A stretch of 64,000 nt of DNA from Patescibacteria group bacterium. GTDB taxonomy: Bacteria; Patescibacteriota; Microgenomatia; UBA1400; Chisholmbacteraceae. This document shows, one piece after another, positions 9,224 through 18,986 of the stretch. A program made the position numbers and the translations under genes. Every line of letters begins with the position of its first letter. Within the stretch, counting starts at the first letter, position 1. The notes under the pieces were generated by a model. That model was not told the DNA's origin. It did not search any database and was given only the letters and a program-made list of their open reading frames with translations. Where the stretch lies: assembly GCA_022564195.1 (NCBI GenBank), contig JADFLW010000006.1, forward strand, positions 2,474-66,473, written 5' to 3'.

Positions 9224-10411
9224 ATGATCAAGCCACACATCATCATCCCAAACCTCATCGAGCAACCAACCTGGGGTGGAAGCTATATCGCCAAAACCAA
9301 AAAGATCAAAGACCCCGCGATCGCGAAAAAAAAGATCGGCCAATCCTATGAGCTGTACCAAAACACAAATCTCTCAAGAAAACGCTCGACAGAATCCCTT
9401 CCTTCCCTTGAATTAGGAAACCCCACTGATCCAACTCAAGCCAAGCTCATATCAAAAAACGACAAGCCCACAAGCATCAACCTGCTCATGAAAAAGGATG
9501 CAGAAGCAGTGCTGGGAGCCAAAGCCTTGAAAGTCCATGGAAGGAAAATGAATATCTTAATAAAGTTCACCCAAGCCAAAGGGAACTCATATCAAATTCA
9601 TGTTAAGAAAAACCAGAAAGATCCGAAATGGCAAGCAAAGCCAGAGTCTTGGTACTACTTTGAACAGGGGCAGGTAACACTAGGGGTAAAGCCTGGAATA
9701 GACTGGGAAAAATATGAACAAACCTGCAAGCGCATCAATCAAAAAGCAATGGAAATAAGCCACCGCATCAAGTCCGGAGAACTGAAAGTGAAGGATGGCA
9801 GGAACGAGCTACGCGAAGTAATAAAAGCCAACAATCCAGAACAATGTGTACACGTGATAAAGATTAAGAAAGACCAAGCAATCAACCTCTCTTCCGGAGG
9901 CGCCCATCACTCCTGGGAAGAAAACCCCTCTTATGCACCGAATGGAAACATCGTCTACGAGGTACAGCGCAATGTCTTCGACCCAGTGAGCACGATAAGA
10001 TCTTTTGACAAAGGGAATATCAAAGGTGATGGAAGCATCAGAAAAATCCACATCAACGATTACTTCAAATACATCGATCGATCGCCAAGAGCAAACGACC
10101 CAAACACGCACTTCCGTTCGGGACGAGCGCTCATGCGCTCGTCAGGAGCGCTGGTGAAACAAATCTTCAAAACCCCTGGCTACTCGCTTCAAGAACTGAC
10201 CATCACCCAGCCCTTCAATAACGAGTTCACTCGCACGGAAGGCTCATTTCACCATCTCTTTGTCAGAGCCGGAAATCTCCTCTTGCTTGCGGGCAATGAC
10301 TCCTGGATCATCACTCAGGGATACTCTGTCTTTATCCCCCAAGCGACAAAACAGTACACAGCAAAGCCCTACAAATGCAAGCAAGCGACAATCCTCAAAA
10401 CCTACTTGTAA
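9224..10411 (+). CDS. class I mannose-6-phosphate isomerase-like (cupin) protein
   Basis: QPTWGGS near the N-terminus, YQIHV / HHSWE metal-site-like motifs, and length typical of Bacillus-type ManA. Confidence 0.5.
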   Translation: MIKPHIIIPNLIEQPTWGGSYIAKTKKIKDPAIAKKKIGQSYELYQNTNLSRKRSTESLPSLELGNPTDPTQAKLISKNDKPTSINLLMKKDAEAVLGAKALKVHGRKMNILIKFTQAKGNSYQIHVKKNQKDPKWQAKPESWYYFEQGQVTLGVKPGIDWEKYEQTCKRINQKAMEISHRIKSGELKVKDGRNELREVIKANNPEQCVHVIKIKKDQAINLSSGGAHHSWEENPSYAPNGNIVYEVQRNVFDPVSTIRSFDKGNIKGDGSIRKIHINDYFKYIDRSPRANDPNTHFRSGRALMRSSGALVKQIFKTPGYSLQELTITQPFNNEFTRTEGSFHHLFVRAGNLLLLAGNDSWIITQGYSVFIPQATKQYTAKPYKCKQATILKTYL

Positions 10412-10442
10412 TCAAAGGCTAGATAAAGGTAGGCTAAAAGAT

Positions 10443-11507
10443 ATGCTCGATAACGTAGAAAAAATCACAAAAGCGGATAAAAAGGGCGTCTTGAAGGCCA
10501 CCGAAATGCTCTGGCAGCAGTGCCAGCAGGCGTGGGATGACACAAAAGATATCGCGCTGGCTCCCAACTATCAAGATGTCAACAAAGCTATTGTTGTAGG
10601 AATGGGTGCTTCTCATCTCGGAGCTCAAGTAATCAACGCCGTCTATCAACCCTCTCTGAAAATTCCGCTCATCATCCAAAATGAATACAATGCTCCGGGC
10701 TATATCGATGATAAATCGCTAGTTATCGCCACCAGCTACTCTGGCAACACAGAAGAAACCCTCTCCTTTGCAAGTCAAGCAATAATCAGAAAGGCCAAGA
10801 TGATATGCATAAGCTCCGGAGGAAAACTAGCCGAATTTTCCAAGGAAAACAACCTCCCCAGCTACATCTTTGAGTCAAAGTTCAATCCTTCAAAGATACC
10901 AAGATATGGATCCGGATACCTTTTTATCGCCCAAATGGCGTTTCTTGCAAAAGTCGGCGCGATAAGCCTTGAACAATCCGACGTCGATACGATCATCGAT
11001 ACGCTCAAGAGTCAGAATGAGAAATACGCTCTCTCCATGGACACCACGAACAATCCTGCAAAACAGTTGGCAAAATCGTGTCTAGGCAAAGTTGTTATCC
11101 TTGTTGCATCTGAACACTTAGCAGGCTCAGCCTACATCCTTAAAAACCAGATCAACGAATCAGCCAAAAACTTCTCTGCCCTATTCAAAATCCCAGAGCT
11201 CAACCATCACCTCCTTGAAGGTCTAGCGCACCCAAGGCAAAACAAAAGGATACTTCAATTTGTGTTCTTTGAATCAAATCTGTACCACGAGCGGAATCAG
11301 ATGCGATACACAATTACAAAACAGGTCGTGACAAAGCAAGGAATCGGAATAACAAGCTTCAAACCTCAATCCCCGACAAAAATCTCACAAGCCTTTGAAA
11401 CCATCGCTTTCGGTAGCTTCACATCGCTGTATCTAAGCATCCTCAACCAGGTCGATCCAGGCCCGAATCCCTGGGTCGATTTTCTTAAGGAAAAACTGGG
11501 AAAGTGA
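10443..11507 (+). CDS. bifunctional phosphoglucose/phosphomannose isomerase (SIS domain)
   Basis: SIS-like VVGMGASHLGAQV and a second SIS half. Start moved to ATG 10443 from the 5'-extended track ORF that overlaps the upstream gene. Confidence 0.6.
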   Translation: MLDNVEKITKADKKGVLKATEMLWQQCQQAWDDTKDIALAPNYQDVNKAIVVGMGASHLGAQVINAVYQPSLKIPLIIQNEYNAPGYIDDKSLVIATSYSGNTEETLSFASQAIIRKAKMICISSGGKLAEFSKENNLPSYIFESKFNPSKIPRYGSGYLFIAQMAFLAKVGAISLEQSDVDTIIDTLKSQNEKYALSMDTTNNPAKQLAKSCLGKVVILVASEHLAGSAYILKNQINESAKNFSALFKIPELNHHLLEGLAHPRQNKRILQFVFFESNLYHERNQMRYTITKQVVTKQGIGITSFKPQSPTKISQAFETIAFGSFTSLYLSILNQVDPGPNPWVDFLKEKLGK

Positions 11508-11541
11508 ATCTTCCCGATGAAACTCAGCGGCTGTAAAGCGG

Positions 11542-12753
11542 CTAATCCAAATAGTCCTGGAGTTTCTTGCGCCTACTCGGATGTTTAAGTTTCCGAAGCG
11601 CTTTTGCCTCAATCTGTCGAATCCGTTCACGGGTAACTCCAAATCGCGACCCGACTTCCTCAAGCGTCATTGCCCGTTCTCCTGAGAGTCCAAAGCGCAT
11701 CCTCAAGACTTGAGCTTCACGAGGGGAAAGTGCCGCCAACACCTCCTCGATATTGTCTTTCAAAAACCGCTTGCTCGTCGCATCATAGGGGCTGATCTGA
11801 GAGGTATCCTCAATGAAATCACCAAGATAACTATCTTCATCATCACCAATCGGAGTCTCCAGAGAAGTCGTCCGTTGAGAAATCTTCATGATCTCCCGAA
11901 TCTTCTCGGGCAGAAGCTCCATCTCCTCCCCGATTTCCTCAGGCGTCGGCTCACGTCCCAACTCCTGCATGAGCCTGCGTTGAATGCGAATGAGTTTATT
12001 GATGGTTTCCACCATATGCACGGGAATTCTGATGGTCCGTGCCTGATCGGCAATTGCTCGAGTGATGGCCTGGCGGATCCACCAGGTGGCATAGGTGGAA
12101 AACTTGTACCCTTTTCGCCAATCGTATTTTTCAACCGCACGGATCAAACCCTTGTTCCCCTCTTGGATCAAATCCAAGAAACTCATCCCACGACCAATGT
12201 ACCGTTTGGCTATCGAGACCACGAGCCTCAAGTTCGACTGCGTCAATTTCGCCTTTGCTTCCAAATCCGCAACATCCACTTTCTGAGCCAGCTCAATCTC
12301 CTGGTCACGCGTTAAAAGCGGAATCCGTCCGATCTCCTTAAGATACATGCGCACCGGATCGGTAATCGTTTTGTCTTCAAGGGTAGAAAGGACCTCAAGC
12401 TCCTTAGCAAGCTCAGTCGTCGCCTCCTCATCCTCACGCAGCTCCCCTTCGGTAACGCTCTCAAACACATCAATACCAAGCTGAAGCAGCCGGCCGTACA
12501 GATCATCCAATTCCTCAATCCGGAGCTCTGCGTCAGGGAAAATCTCCAAGATCTCCTCCTGGGTAACGAACCCTTGATCCTGACCTTTCTTGATTAAAGG
12601 CTCAATGACCTTCTTTCGCGCATCTGCCCTGCCTACAGGTTTACCCGCCTGCCCGCCTGCCCGCCTGCCGGCGTGGCCCTTTGGCGTGGCCGCACTGGAG
12701 GGCTTCCGAGTTTTCTGTTTTGCTGGTGTTTTTGCTTTCTTTTTCACTGCCAC
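11542..12753 (-). CDS. rpoD: RNA polymerase sigma factor RpoD (sigma-70)
   Basis: Regions 1.2-4 recognisable: [29 protein letters not shown], and C-terminal [28 protein letters not shown]. Confidence 0.95.
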   Translation of the reverse strand: MAVKKKAKTPAKQKTRKPSSAATPKGHAGRRAGGQAGKPVGRADARKKVIEPLIKKGQDQGFVTQEEILEIFPDAELRIEELDDLYGRLLQLGIDVFESVTEGELREDEEATTELAKELEVLSTLEDKTITDPVRMYLKEIGRIPLLTRDQEIELAQKVDVADLEAKAKLTQSNLRLVVSIAKRYIGRGMSFLDLIQEGNKGLIRAVEKYDWRKGYKFSTYATWWIRQAITRAIADQARTIRIPVHMVETINKLIRIQRRLMQELGREPTPEEIGEEMELLPEKIREIMKISQRTTSLETPIGDDEDSYLGDFIEDTSQISPYDATSKRFLKDNIEEVLAALSPREAQVLRMRFGLSGERAMTLEEVGSRFGVTRERIRQIEAKALRKLKHPSRRKKLQDYLD

Positions 12754-12784
12754 AAAGTTAGCTTACAGTATACTACCTTTTCCT

Positions 12785-14575
12785 CTAGTGCGAAAGCTTG
12801 GAAGACAGCTCACTAAACTCCTGCCGTAGCGTATCAAACCGTTGCTGCTCTGCATCAGTGGGCTTCCGCTTCTCCTCAAGAACGCCAATCTTCGAAGAGA
12901 GCGAAGCAAGCTGCTCTCGCAACCGAAGCTGACGAAGCTCATGAACAACCTGCTCAACTTCCTGGATCAATCTATCGGGGGTGGAAGGGATATCAGAAAT
13001 ATCGTGTAAAAACGCTGTTTGAGCCAAGGAATGGAGCTCAGCGGGAAGCGATGCGATAAATGAGCCAGCCTCAAAAGAATCTCCTGCTTTCGCTAAAGCG
13101 CTCCGGACGATGCGCCGAACCGCGGGATGGACAAGATCAGAAGCTTCAAAGTCATCAAGGGACGAAATCGCCTGGGTTCCGCCTTGGAGCATGAGGCTTA
13201 AGAGATATTCCTCAAGCAGCAATCGCCGGTCCTTCTTCTCTTCTTCTCCTGAAACAGGAGGTTGGGGCAACACACCCCCTTCCCCCAAGGCGGCAGTGCG
13301 TTCAAAACGAGCCACCTCATCCATCACCGCCTCTTCGGAAACATCCAGTAAACGAGCCAGTTTTTGAATGTAATGCGCCCGTTCCACGGCGTTGGAAATC
13401 TTTGAAAGCAAAGGAACAAGCTCTTCAGAGATCTGTTTTTTACCCAGTCCACTCGCCACATCAAAGCGCTGACGAGCACTTTTAATGTAAAAATCATAGA
13501 CACTTGTCGCCCGATCAACCAGCTGATGCCATTTCTTCGGATTATCTTGGGCTACTGCATCCGGGTCTTTCCCTCCTGAAAGCAGAGCAACTTTAATGTT
13601 CAGTAAAGCGGAATCGGCAATAGCTATCCCTCTTTTCGTAGCCGCATCTCCAGCCGCATCCGCGTCCAGCGCCAAGATAACATTGCGGGTATAGCGACGA
13701 AGCAATTCAACCTGCTCGCTCGTAAGCGAAGTCCCCTTCACCGCAACCACGTGTTTCACCCCTGCCTGCCACGACGAAATCGCATCAAGCTCACCTTCAA
13801 CTACGACGACCTGATCCTTCTTTTTAATTGCGGATCGATTCTCATGCAGCCCATAAAGGTGCTTGCTCTTATGGTAAAGAACGGTCTCCGGAGAATTGAT
13901 GTATTTTGCTCTCTCCTCTTCTCTCCCAGGAAGGATGCGCCCCGCAAATCCCACCACGTTCCCCCGCACATCCCGAAGCGGGAAAATCACCCGATTGCGA
14001 AACCGGTCATAGTTCCTTTTCTTGCCTTTCACCACTAACCCTGCCTCTAAAAGCTCCTCGAGTTTATAGCGCTTCTTGCCCACGAGAAAGCGGATAAGCC
14101 CATCCCAACTATTAGGGGCAAAGCCAAGCTTGAACATTTGGGTGGCTGGCTTGCGAATCCCGCGCTCAGAAAGATAGCGCTTCGCCCGCTGACCAACCGT
14201 ATGGGTGACAAGAAGGTAGTGAAAATACTCTGAAGCCAAATGGTTGACCTCCCAAAGCCGCTCCTTTTTTTTATAATCGCGACCCTTACGAAGCGGCTCA
14301 AGCCGCACCCCAGCGCGTTTCGCCAAGTATGAAAGCGCCTCTGGAAACTCCATCCCATCGAATTCGTTAAGAAAGGTAAACGCATCGCCAGCCTTTTCGC
14401 AACCAAAACACTTGAAAATGCCAAGCTCCGGCGAAACCATAAAAGACGGTGTTCGCTCGCTGTGGAACGGACACAAAGCCCTGAAGTTTCTGCCGGCCCG
14501 CACCAGCTTCACCCGCTCCCCAATAAGCGTAACGATATCCGTTTTTTGTTTGACTTCCTCAACCTGATCAGCCAT
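12785..14575 (-). CDS. dnaG: DNA primase DnaG
   Basis: CHC2 zinc finger CPFHSERTPSFMVSPELGIFKCFGC and a TOPRIM region (VVVEGELDAI). Classic dnaG-rpoD operon order. Confidence 0.95.
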   Translation of the reverse strand: MADQVEEVKQKTDIVTLIGERVKLVRAGRNFRALCPFHSERTPSFMVSPELGIFKCFGCEKAGDAFTFLNEFDGMEFPEALSYLAKRAGVRLEPLRKGRDYKKKERLWEVNHLASEYFHYLLVTHTVGQRAKRYLSERGIRKPATQMFKLGFAPNSWDGLIRFLVGKKRYKLEELLEAGLVVKGKKRNYDRFRNRVIFPLRDVRGNVVGFAGRILPGREEERAKYINSPETVLYHKSKHLYGLHENRSAIKKKDQVVVVEGELDAISSWQAGVKHVVAVKGTSLTSEQVELLRRYTRNVILALDADAAGDAATKRGIAIADSALLNIKVALLSGGKDPDAVAQDNPKKWHQLVDRATSVYDFYIKSARQRFDVASGLGKKQISEELVPLLSKISNAVERAHYIQKLARLLDVSEEAVMDEVARFERTAALGEGGVLPQPPVSGEEEKKDRRLLLEEYLLSLMLQGGTQAISSLDDFEASDLVHPAVRRIVRSALAKAGDSFEAGSFIASLPAELHSLAQTAFLHDISDIPSTPDRLIQEVEQVVHELRQLRLREQLASLSSKIGVLEEKRKPTDAEQQRFDTLRQEFSELSSKLSH

Positions 14576-14601
14576 TTCGGGAGCATTCTAACACACGAAC
14601 C

Positions 14602-15315
14602 TTATTGTCTCGCCGCTGAAACCGATATCAAGCCATCTCGCTTCCAGTGACAGAGCGGCACAACCGGATACCGATTTAAATCAGTAATAATCGGGATATC
14701 TAACTTGCAATGCTCTGGGTTATAGTACGAAAGCATGAACTCCTCAACTTCTCTAAATCGCTCCTTCCAGTCTACTGGCTTTCCCATGAGAATATCACGT
14801 AAGGTCTCAGCACAAGCCATGTCCTCAGTAACCGGATTCTCCTTGGTACGCACATCGCCAGCTGGAAGGAGGAGAACATCATGCTCAGAAATCTCGCGCA
14901 ACCATGAAACAGATGCCTCCATATTTAAGAAGCTCGTAGTTATTACGTTCCTAGCTCCCTTTCTAAACGCCAAGTCTATGATGCGAGTCCCATTGTTTGA
15001 CATATAAATGATCTCTTTTCCAGAAACATCAATCCCTTCAGTCTTATGAGGTTGGTTGCCTGTATCAAAAAAATCATCTGGCAAACTGAAATCCTCACCT
15101 ATCACCAGCGCTCCCTTATGCTGATGCTTTACCCTATGTACACTTTCGTTATTAACAAGCAGCAGCTGTGCCACTTGACGAGCAAGAAAGAAGGCAATGT
15201 TGCTCGTTGCCGCATAGACATCAATAACCACCACTACCCCAGAAAGCCGCTCCGGAAGCTCCCACGGCCAGAGGATGGGAAGGTCACGAAACATTGCGTT
15301 CTTCTTCTGTACCAT
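14602..15315 (-). CDS. 2-phosphosulfolactate phosphatase (ComB) family protein
   Basis: VVIDVYAATSNI and SNNGTR motifs typical of the ComB family. Confidence 0.55.
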   Translation of the reverse strand: MVQKKNAMFRDLPILWPWELPERLSGVVVVIDVYAATSNIAFFLARQVAQLLLVNNESVHRVKHQHKGALVIGEDFSLPDDFFDTGNQPHKTEGIDVSGKEIIYMSNNGTRIIDLAFRKGARNVITTSFLNMEASVSWLREISEHDVLLLPAGDVRTKENPVTEDMACAETLRDILMGKPVDWKERFREVEEFMLSYYNPEHCKLDIPIITDLNRYPVVPLCHWKRDGLISVSAARQ

Positions 15316-15391
15316 TTTCTGCAGAAGGAAGTAAGGGCTGCGCGTGAAACGCGCTAGTTGTCAAGCTTGCCACCTTTGCCGTGGTTCAACG

Positions 15392-15481
15392 TGGCGGTGA
15401 GGGTGGGATTCGAACCCACGGTAACCTTGCGGCTACACGGACTTTCCAGATCCGCCGATTAAACCACTCTCGCACCTCACC
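15392..15481 (-). tRNA. tRNA-Ser (anticodon GGA)
   Basis: GGTGAGGTG... anticodon loop ctGGAaa, long variable arm, T-arm gtggg-ttcgaat-cccac, CCA encoded. Very similar to E. coli tRNA-Ser(GGA). Confidence 0.75.
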
Positions 15482-15487
15482 AATCTT

Positions 15488-15533
15488 GACGCTAGACGCT
15501 AGACGCTAGACGCTAGACGCTAGACGCTAGACG
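15488..15533. repeat. heptanucleotide microsatellite (GACGCTA) x 6.6
   Basis: Perfect tandem copies. It overlaps the last six codons (KRLASSV) and stop of the NUDIX gene. Confidence 0.9.
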
Positions 15534-16058
15534 TTTAGCTATTCTATCATGAGCCTGTCGAAGGGCCTCCCTCTCCCCTTCAAACGCCAGCCGCTCCATT
15601 GCCTCTTCATACGGCAACCAAACAGCCTCCTCCATCTCCCAATCATGATCCTTCACATCTCCACTCTCATATTCCATCAGAAAAAAAGACACAACCTTAA
15701 AAACCTTGATCTTGCCTCCCCCTGCTTCTTGATACTTCGCAACTCTTCTCCGCGGCTTCACCTCATCAGATTGTTCGTAATCGTATCCCTCATCCGGCTT
15801 TTTGAGATCCGCCCAATACACATACTGCACTCGGTGAATAGGACGCTCAGACAACAACCCAACTTTCACTCCCATCTCTTCCTCAACCTCCCGCACCGCC
15901 GTCTCAAACCCCCGCTCCCCTTTCTCAATGAGTCCCTTCGGCAACACCCATTTGTGATACCCGCTATGCTTTCCAATTAACCACACCACTTTCCCTCGCT
16001 GGTACTTGTAGACTAGCCCGCCTGCTGAAAATTCTCTTTTGAATGACGATTTGGCCAT
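15513..16058 (-). CDS. NUDIX hydrolase
   Basis: Nudix box GLIEKGERGFETAVREVEEEMGV. Confidence 0.85.
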   Translation of the reverse strand: MAKSSFKREFSAGGLVYKYQRGKVVWLIGKHSGYHKWVLPKGLIEKGERGFETAVREVEEEMGVKVGLLSERPIHRVQYVYWADLKKPDEGYDYEQSDEVKPRRRVAKYQEAGGGKIKVFKVVSFFLMEYESGDVKDHDWEMEEAVWLPYEEAMERLAFEGEREALRQAHDRIAKRLASSV

Positions 16059-16103
16059 AGAAACAGAAAAAGTGTTTACACTGAAAAATCTTTGAGTTTT
16101 TAG

Positions 16104-16175
16104 TGCCTCTGACCAGAATCGAACTGGTATCGCCGGTTCCGGAGACCGGTGCTCTATCCATTAAGCTACAGAGGC
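16104..16175 (-). tRNA. tRNA-Arg (anticodon CCG)
   Basis: Hand-folded 72-nt cloverleaf with anticodon arm ccggt-ctCCGga-accgg and T-loop ttcgatt. Confidence 0.7.
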
Positions 16176-16265
16176 ATAGCCCGTTTTCTCTCTCGGGCGG
16201 ACTGCGTCCCGCCGAAGCTGAGACGAATCTCGCTTGCGCTCGAACGAGCTTCGGCGAAGCGAAGG

Positions 16266-16347
16266 CGGAGGGTAGAGGATTCGAACCCCTGAGCCCTTAC
16301 GGGCCATCGCTTTCGAGGCGATTGCATTACCACTCTGCCAACCCTCC
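16266..16347 (-). tRNA. tRNA-Ser (anticodon CGA)
   Basis: Acceptor ggagggt/accctcc, anticodon arm atcgc-ctCGAaa-gcgat, long variable arm, T-loop ttcgaat. Confidence 0.7.
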
Positions 16348-16430
16348 CAGGTATGAACAATATACAGGCAACAATTACAAGCTACCGAGTTGATGTGAAT
16401 TGTAATCTGTAACCTGTTGTCACCGCGCGG

Positions 16431-16502
16431 TGCTCCCGGCAGGAATCGAACCTGCATCAGAGGATCCGCAATCCCCTATTCTGTCCGTTGAACTACGGGA
16501 GC
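16431..16502 (-). tRNA. tRNA-Arg (anticodon GCG, unusual) - anticodon assignment tentative
   Basis: 72-nt cloverleaf: acceptor gctcccg/cgggagc, anticodon arm gggga-ttGCGga-tcctc, T-arm gcagg-ttcgatt-cctgc. The 3' end reads CCG rather than CCA. Confidence 0.55.
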
Positions 16503-16592
16503 CAGAATTGTGTGTCTATATTTTACCAGCGGTAAGCCAGGCTTGCCAGCCGAGTCCGACTTGGAGGAAGGAAAATCTGAAAACCTTTAAAG

Positions 16593-17282
16593 TTAGGCTG
16601 AGGACTTGCCCGCCGTACTGGAAGGAGAGGCAGGCTCTTTCTCAAGTGGAACCTTCTCGCTCAACCAACGGGCGCTTTTATCCAAAAACGTGGGCTCTGG
16701 CTCTTCGTGAGGTAAACGCTCATTGAAAATCTTCTTGATTTTCCCTTCATCAGCGTTACCCAACATCAGCAGCAACTGTCCAGGAAACAGCATCACAGTC
16801 TGAACAACCACCATTCGTTGTCCATATTTCTCAGAATACCAGTATCGTCGTAGATCTATCCAGCGATACAGCTTGTCGGCACTACGAATACCACGGTTGG
16901 TGAGTTTGTGCTCTGTCTTTTCTGGTGGAATCGCAGCGAAGACATAGGAAACGAAGGCAAACGCGATAACCACCGCAATCAGTAAGAATTCCCTCAAGAA
17001 ACCAAGAATGATGATGACCAAAAACGCGATCGCGGCAATAGTCGTGTAGTAGTCACGATCTCGCTTCTTAAAGGGCCGGACCGGGGCTTTCCATGTCAAA
17101 AGAACCTCTTCCTCACCCACTTCTCGCTCTGGTACTGCCGGAGCGGTTCGCTCACTTGAATCAGCACGCTTGCCCTGCCTGTCCGCCATAGCTTTAGCGT
17201 CGGCGGAAGCTGCGTCGATGGGCTCCTCTACCTTCTTAGCCGCAGCACTAGCTTTTGTCTTTCGCCTCTCCTGAGCAGCCAT
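16593..17282 (-). CDS. hypothetical membrane protein (two TM helices, charged N-terminal tail)
   Basis: ORF with a K/A/E-rich N-terminus and a hydrophobic hairpin AAIAFLVIIILGFL...AVVIAFAFVSYVFAAI. Confidence 0.5.
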   Translation of the reverse strand: MAAQERRKTKASAAAKKVEEPIDAASADAKAMADRQGKRADSSERTAPAVPEREVGEEEVLLTWKAPVRPFKKRDRDYYTTIAAIAFLVIIILGFLREFLLIAVVIAFAFVSYVFAAIPPEKTEHKLTNRGIRSADKLYRWIDLRRYWYSEKYGQRMVVVQTVMLFPGQLLLMLGNADEGKIKKIFNERLPHEEPEPTFLDKSARWLSEKVPLEKEPASPSSTAGKSSA

Positions 17283-17345
17283 AAAACCCTTCCTTCAATA
17301 TAACACACGCGTTTACCGCGTGTGAATACAATAAGCGATACGCGG

Positions 17346-17432
17346 CGGAGGCGGTGGGATTCGAACCCACGTGGCCCCGAAGGGCCCGAGTTTAGCAAAC
17401 TCGTGCGATCGGCCAGACTACGCGACGCCTCC
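17346..17432 (-). tRNA. tRNA-Ser (anticodon GCT)
   Basis: Anticodon arm cgagt-ttGCTaa-actcg, long variable arm gggcccttcggggcc, T-arm gtggg-ttcgaat-cccac. Confidence 0.75.
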
Positions 17433-17466
17433 CAGTAACATCATTATATCATCCGCAAATTAAGCT

Positions 17467-17556
17467 TGGCGGCGGGAGAGGGATTCGAACCCCCGTGCCT
17501 CTTTCGAGGCGCATGGTTTTCAAGACCAGCCTGTTTGACCGCTCCAGCATCCCGCC
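17467..17556 (-). tRNA. tRNA-Ser (anticodon TGA)
   Basis: ggcggga... anticodon loop ctTGAaa, long variable arm cgcctcgaaagaggcac, T-loop ttcgaat, CCA encoded. Confidence 0.7.
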
Positions 17557-17607
17557 ATTTTTACGGGGTCAAAACCGGTGCATTGCCATTCTGCCAACCC
17601 TCCAAGA
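17557..17607 (-). pseudogene. tRNA 5'-half fragment (pseudo-tRNA) abutting tRNA-Ser(TGA)
   Basis: ggagggttggcagaatggcaatgca matches the first 25 nt of tRNA-Ser(CGA) (ggagggttggcagagtggtaatgca) with 2 mismatches, then diverges. No anticodon or T-arm. Confidence 0.5.
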
Positions 17608-17654
17608 GGAGTCTAGCTGAGAAAAGCAGCTAAAATTATATCAGAAATCGTCGC

Positions 17655-18434
17655 CTACCACCTGCTGCGAGCAAAGGTATATCCCCACACCTTACAAGCC
17701 CCATTTCGCTTCAAAACCTTCGCACACTCCACCATCGTCGCCCCGCTTGTCCACACATCATCCACCAGCAATAACTTTGAATTTTTAACTTTGAACTTTG
17801 AATTGATTGTGAATGCTCCCCGCATCTCCTGCCCGCGAACCCGCGTTTTCTTTTCAGCCAAAAGCTTTCGTCTCGCTATCCTCCGTTGCGTCAGCGACAG
17901 GTAACGCTGTCGAAGTTCCCGATCATCCGAAGCAGAGACTCTCACGTTAAGCTCAGATAACGATCTTGTGTTCTTTATCCGCGTAAGCGCCTGCACAAAT
18001 CGCAAGTCCAACTCCTGCGCGAAAAGTTCGCCCAAAAGCGCGGCTTGATTGAAGCCTCGCCAACGTTCTCTGGATTGATGCAGTGGCACCGGCACGACAA
18101 GAAAGCGTTCCCGCCGGAGAAAAGTCAAAAACGCAGGATCGACGCGCGCTGTCGCCATCTCAACGAAGGTAAGGCCCATCTCACGGACGAATCGGAACTT
18201 TAAGCGCTTTACGGCTTCCTGGATGCCATCTTGATAGAAAAATAGACCAACCAACCCGTCTAAGCCAAATGGCCTTCTGCAACGGGCATGGCTCATACCG
18301 CCGATCGATCCCTTGCTACATATGGGACAAATCGGTGTAGCAAGCGAAAACCGTAAAATACAAGACTCACAAAAGTAGACCCCCAGCTTTCTACACCCCA
18401 CACACGTCTTCGGGAACAAAAGATCCAGCAACAT
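17655..18434 (-). CDS. comF: ComF family protein (competence; phosphoribosyltransferase-like domain)
   Basis: N-terminal Cys4 zinc-finger-like CVGC...CESC...CPIC, and C-terminal PRTase motif LLLVDDVWTSGATM. Confidence 0.8.
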   Translation of the reverse strand: MLLDLLFPKTCVGCRKLGVYFCESCILRFSLATPICPICSKGSIGGMSHARCRRPFGLDGLVGLFFYQDGIQEAVKRLKFRFVREMGLTFVEMATARVDPAFLTFLRRERFLVVPVPLHQSRERWRGFNQAALLGELFAQELDLRFVQALTRIKNTRSLSELNVRVSASDDRELRQRYLSLTQRRIARRKLLAEKKTRVRGQEMRGAFTINSKFKVKNSKLLLVDDVWTSGATMVECAKVLKRNGACKVWGYTFARSRW

Positions 18435-18522
18435 ACAAGCTGTAGTCTACCAGCAAAAAACCACTCGTGAAAAGTAACGAATGGTTTAAGCCTGCCGCGT
18501 GCGAACGCAGTGAGCTATACGT

Positions 18523-18933
18523 GGTGGAGATGGCCGAGAGTGACTCGGCGTCCGCAACCGTACCCTGACATCATCTACAAGCGTAGGTGATTGAAAATAT
18601 CGTACTCAAACCAACCACCAAGTTCTTTGAGTAAGAGTTGAGACAATAAACTTCGTCTTGAACTGTCCCTTGCCACGTTTGACGTGATCGATTTCAAGAC
18701 TGCATCTCGGCTCTGTTCTCACCCATCCGACCCCACCGAGAGAGGTCACGGATGAATGCCCAGGTTTACGCTACTGCGTAAGCAGGAGCAACTGGGGCAA
18801 ATGCTTGGTGAACCCAAGTACTTGCTCTGGCAACAAGTCTGTTGACAACTTTAGTTTGGTCTGTTTAATCCCGATTGACCAACGGGAGCTTGCAGATGTC
18901 AAAGAACAAGTCACGTCGATTCGTTACATCCCC
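18523..18933 (-). ncRNA. ssrA: tmRNA (SsrA), about 411 nt
   Basis: 5' GGGGATGTAACGAATCGACG... and 3' ...CCATCTCCACCA form the tRNA-like acceptor with G3:U70. An internal ORF ends ...AFAPVAPAYAVA-TAA (candidate tag). Located immediately downstream of smpB. Confidence 0.85.
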
Positions 18934-18945
18934 ATGACATCCCGT

Positions 18946-18974
18946 ATTATACCTCAAGAGTGCCAGAATTGCAA
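18946..18974 (-). promoter_or_regulatory. sigma-70-type promoter of ssrA (TTGCAA-17 nt-TATAAT)
   Basis: On the minus strand: TTGCAA (18974-18969), 17-nt spacer, TATAAT (18951-18946). The tmRNA 5' G lies 12 nt downstream. Confidence 0.7.
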
Positions 18975-18986
18975 AACCCGACGGCG

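Noticed and set aside
10260-10442. Track start (10260) of the PGI/PMI ORF overlapping the ManA-like gene by 150 bp
   Set aside because: The upstream extension is Ser/Pro/Gln-rich and overlaps the preceding gene. The conserved protein begins near ATG 10443.
15488-15533. Possible CRISPR array (regular short repeats)
   Set aside because: Units are 7 nt with no spacers. This is a microsatellite, not CRISPR. No cas genes are present in the window.
16176-16265. Structured 90-nt spacer between tRNA-Arg(CCG) and tRNA-Ser(CGA) as a possible small RNA or tRNA intron
   Set aside because: It folds into two GC hairpins but shows no tRNA-like or known ncRNA features. Most simply it is an inter-tRNA processing spacer.
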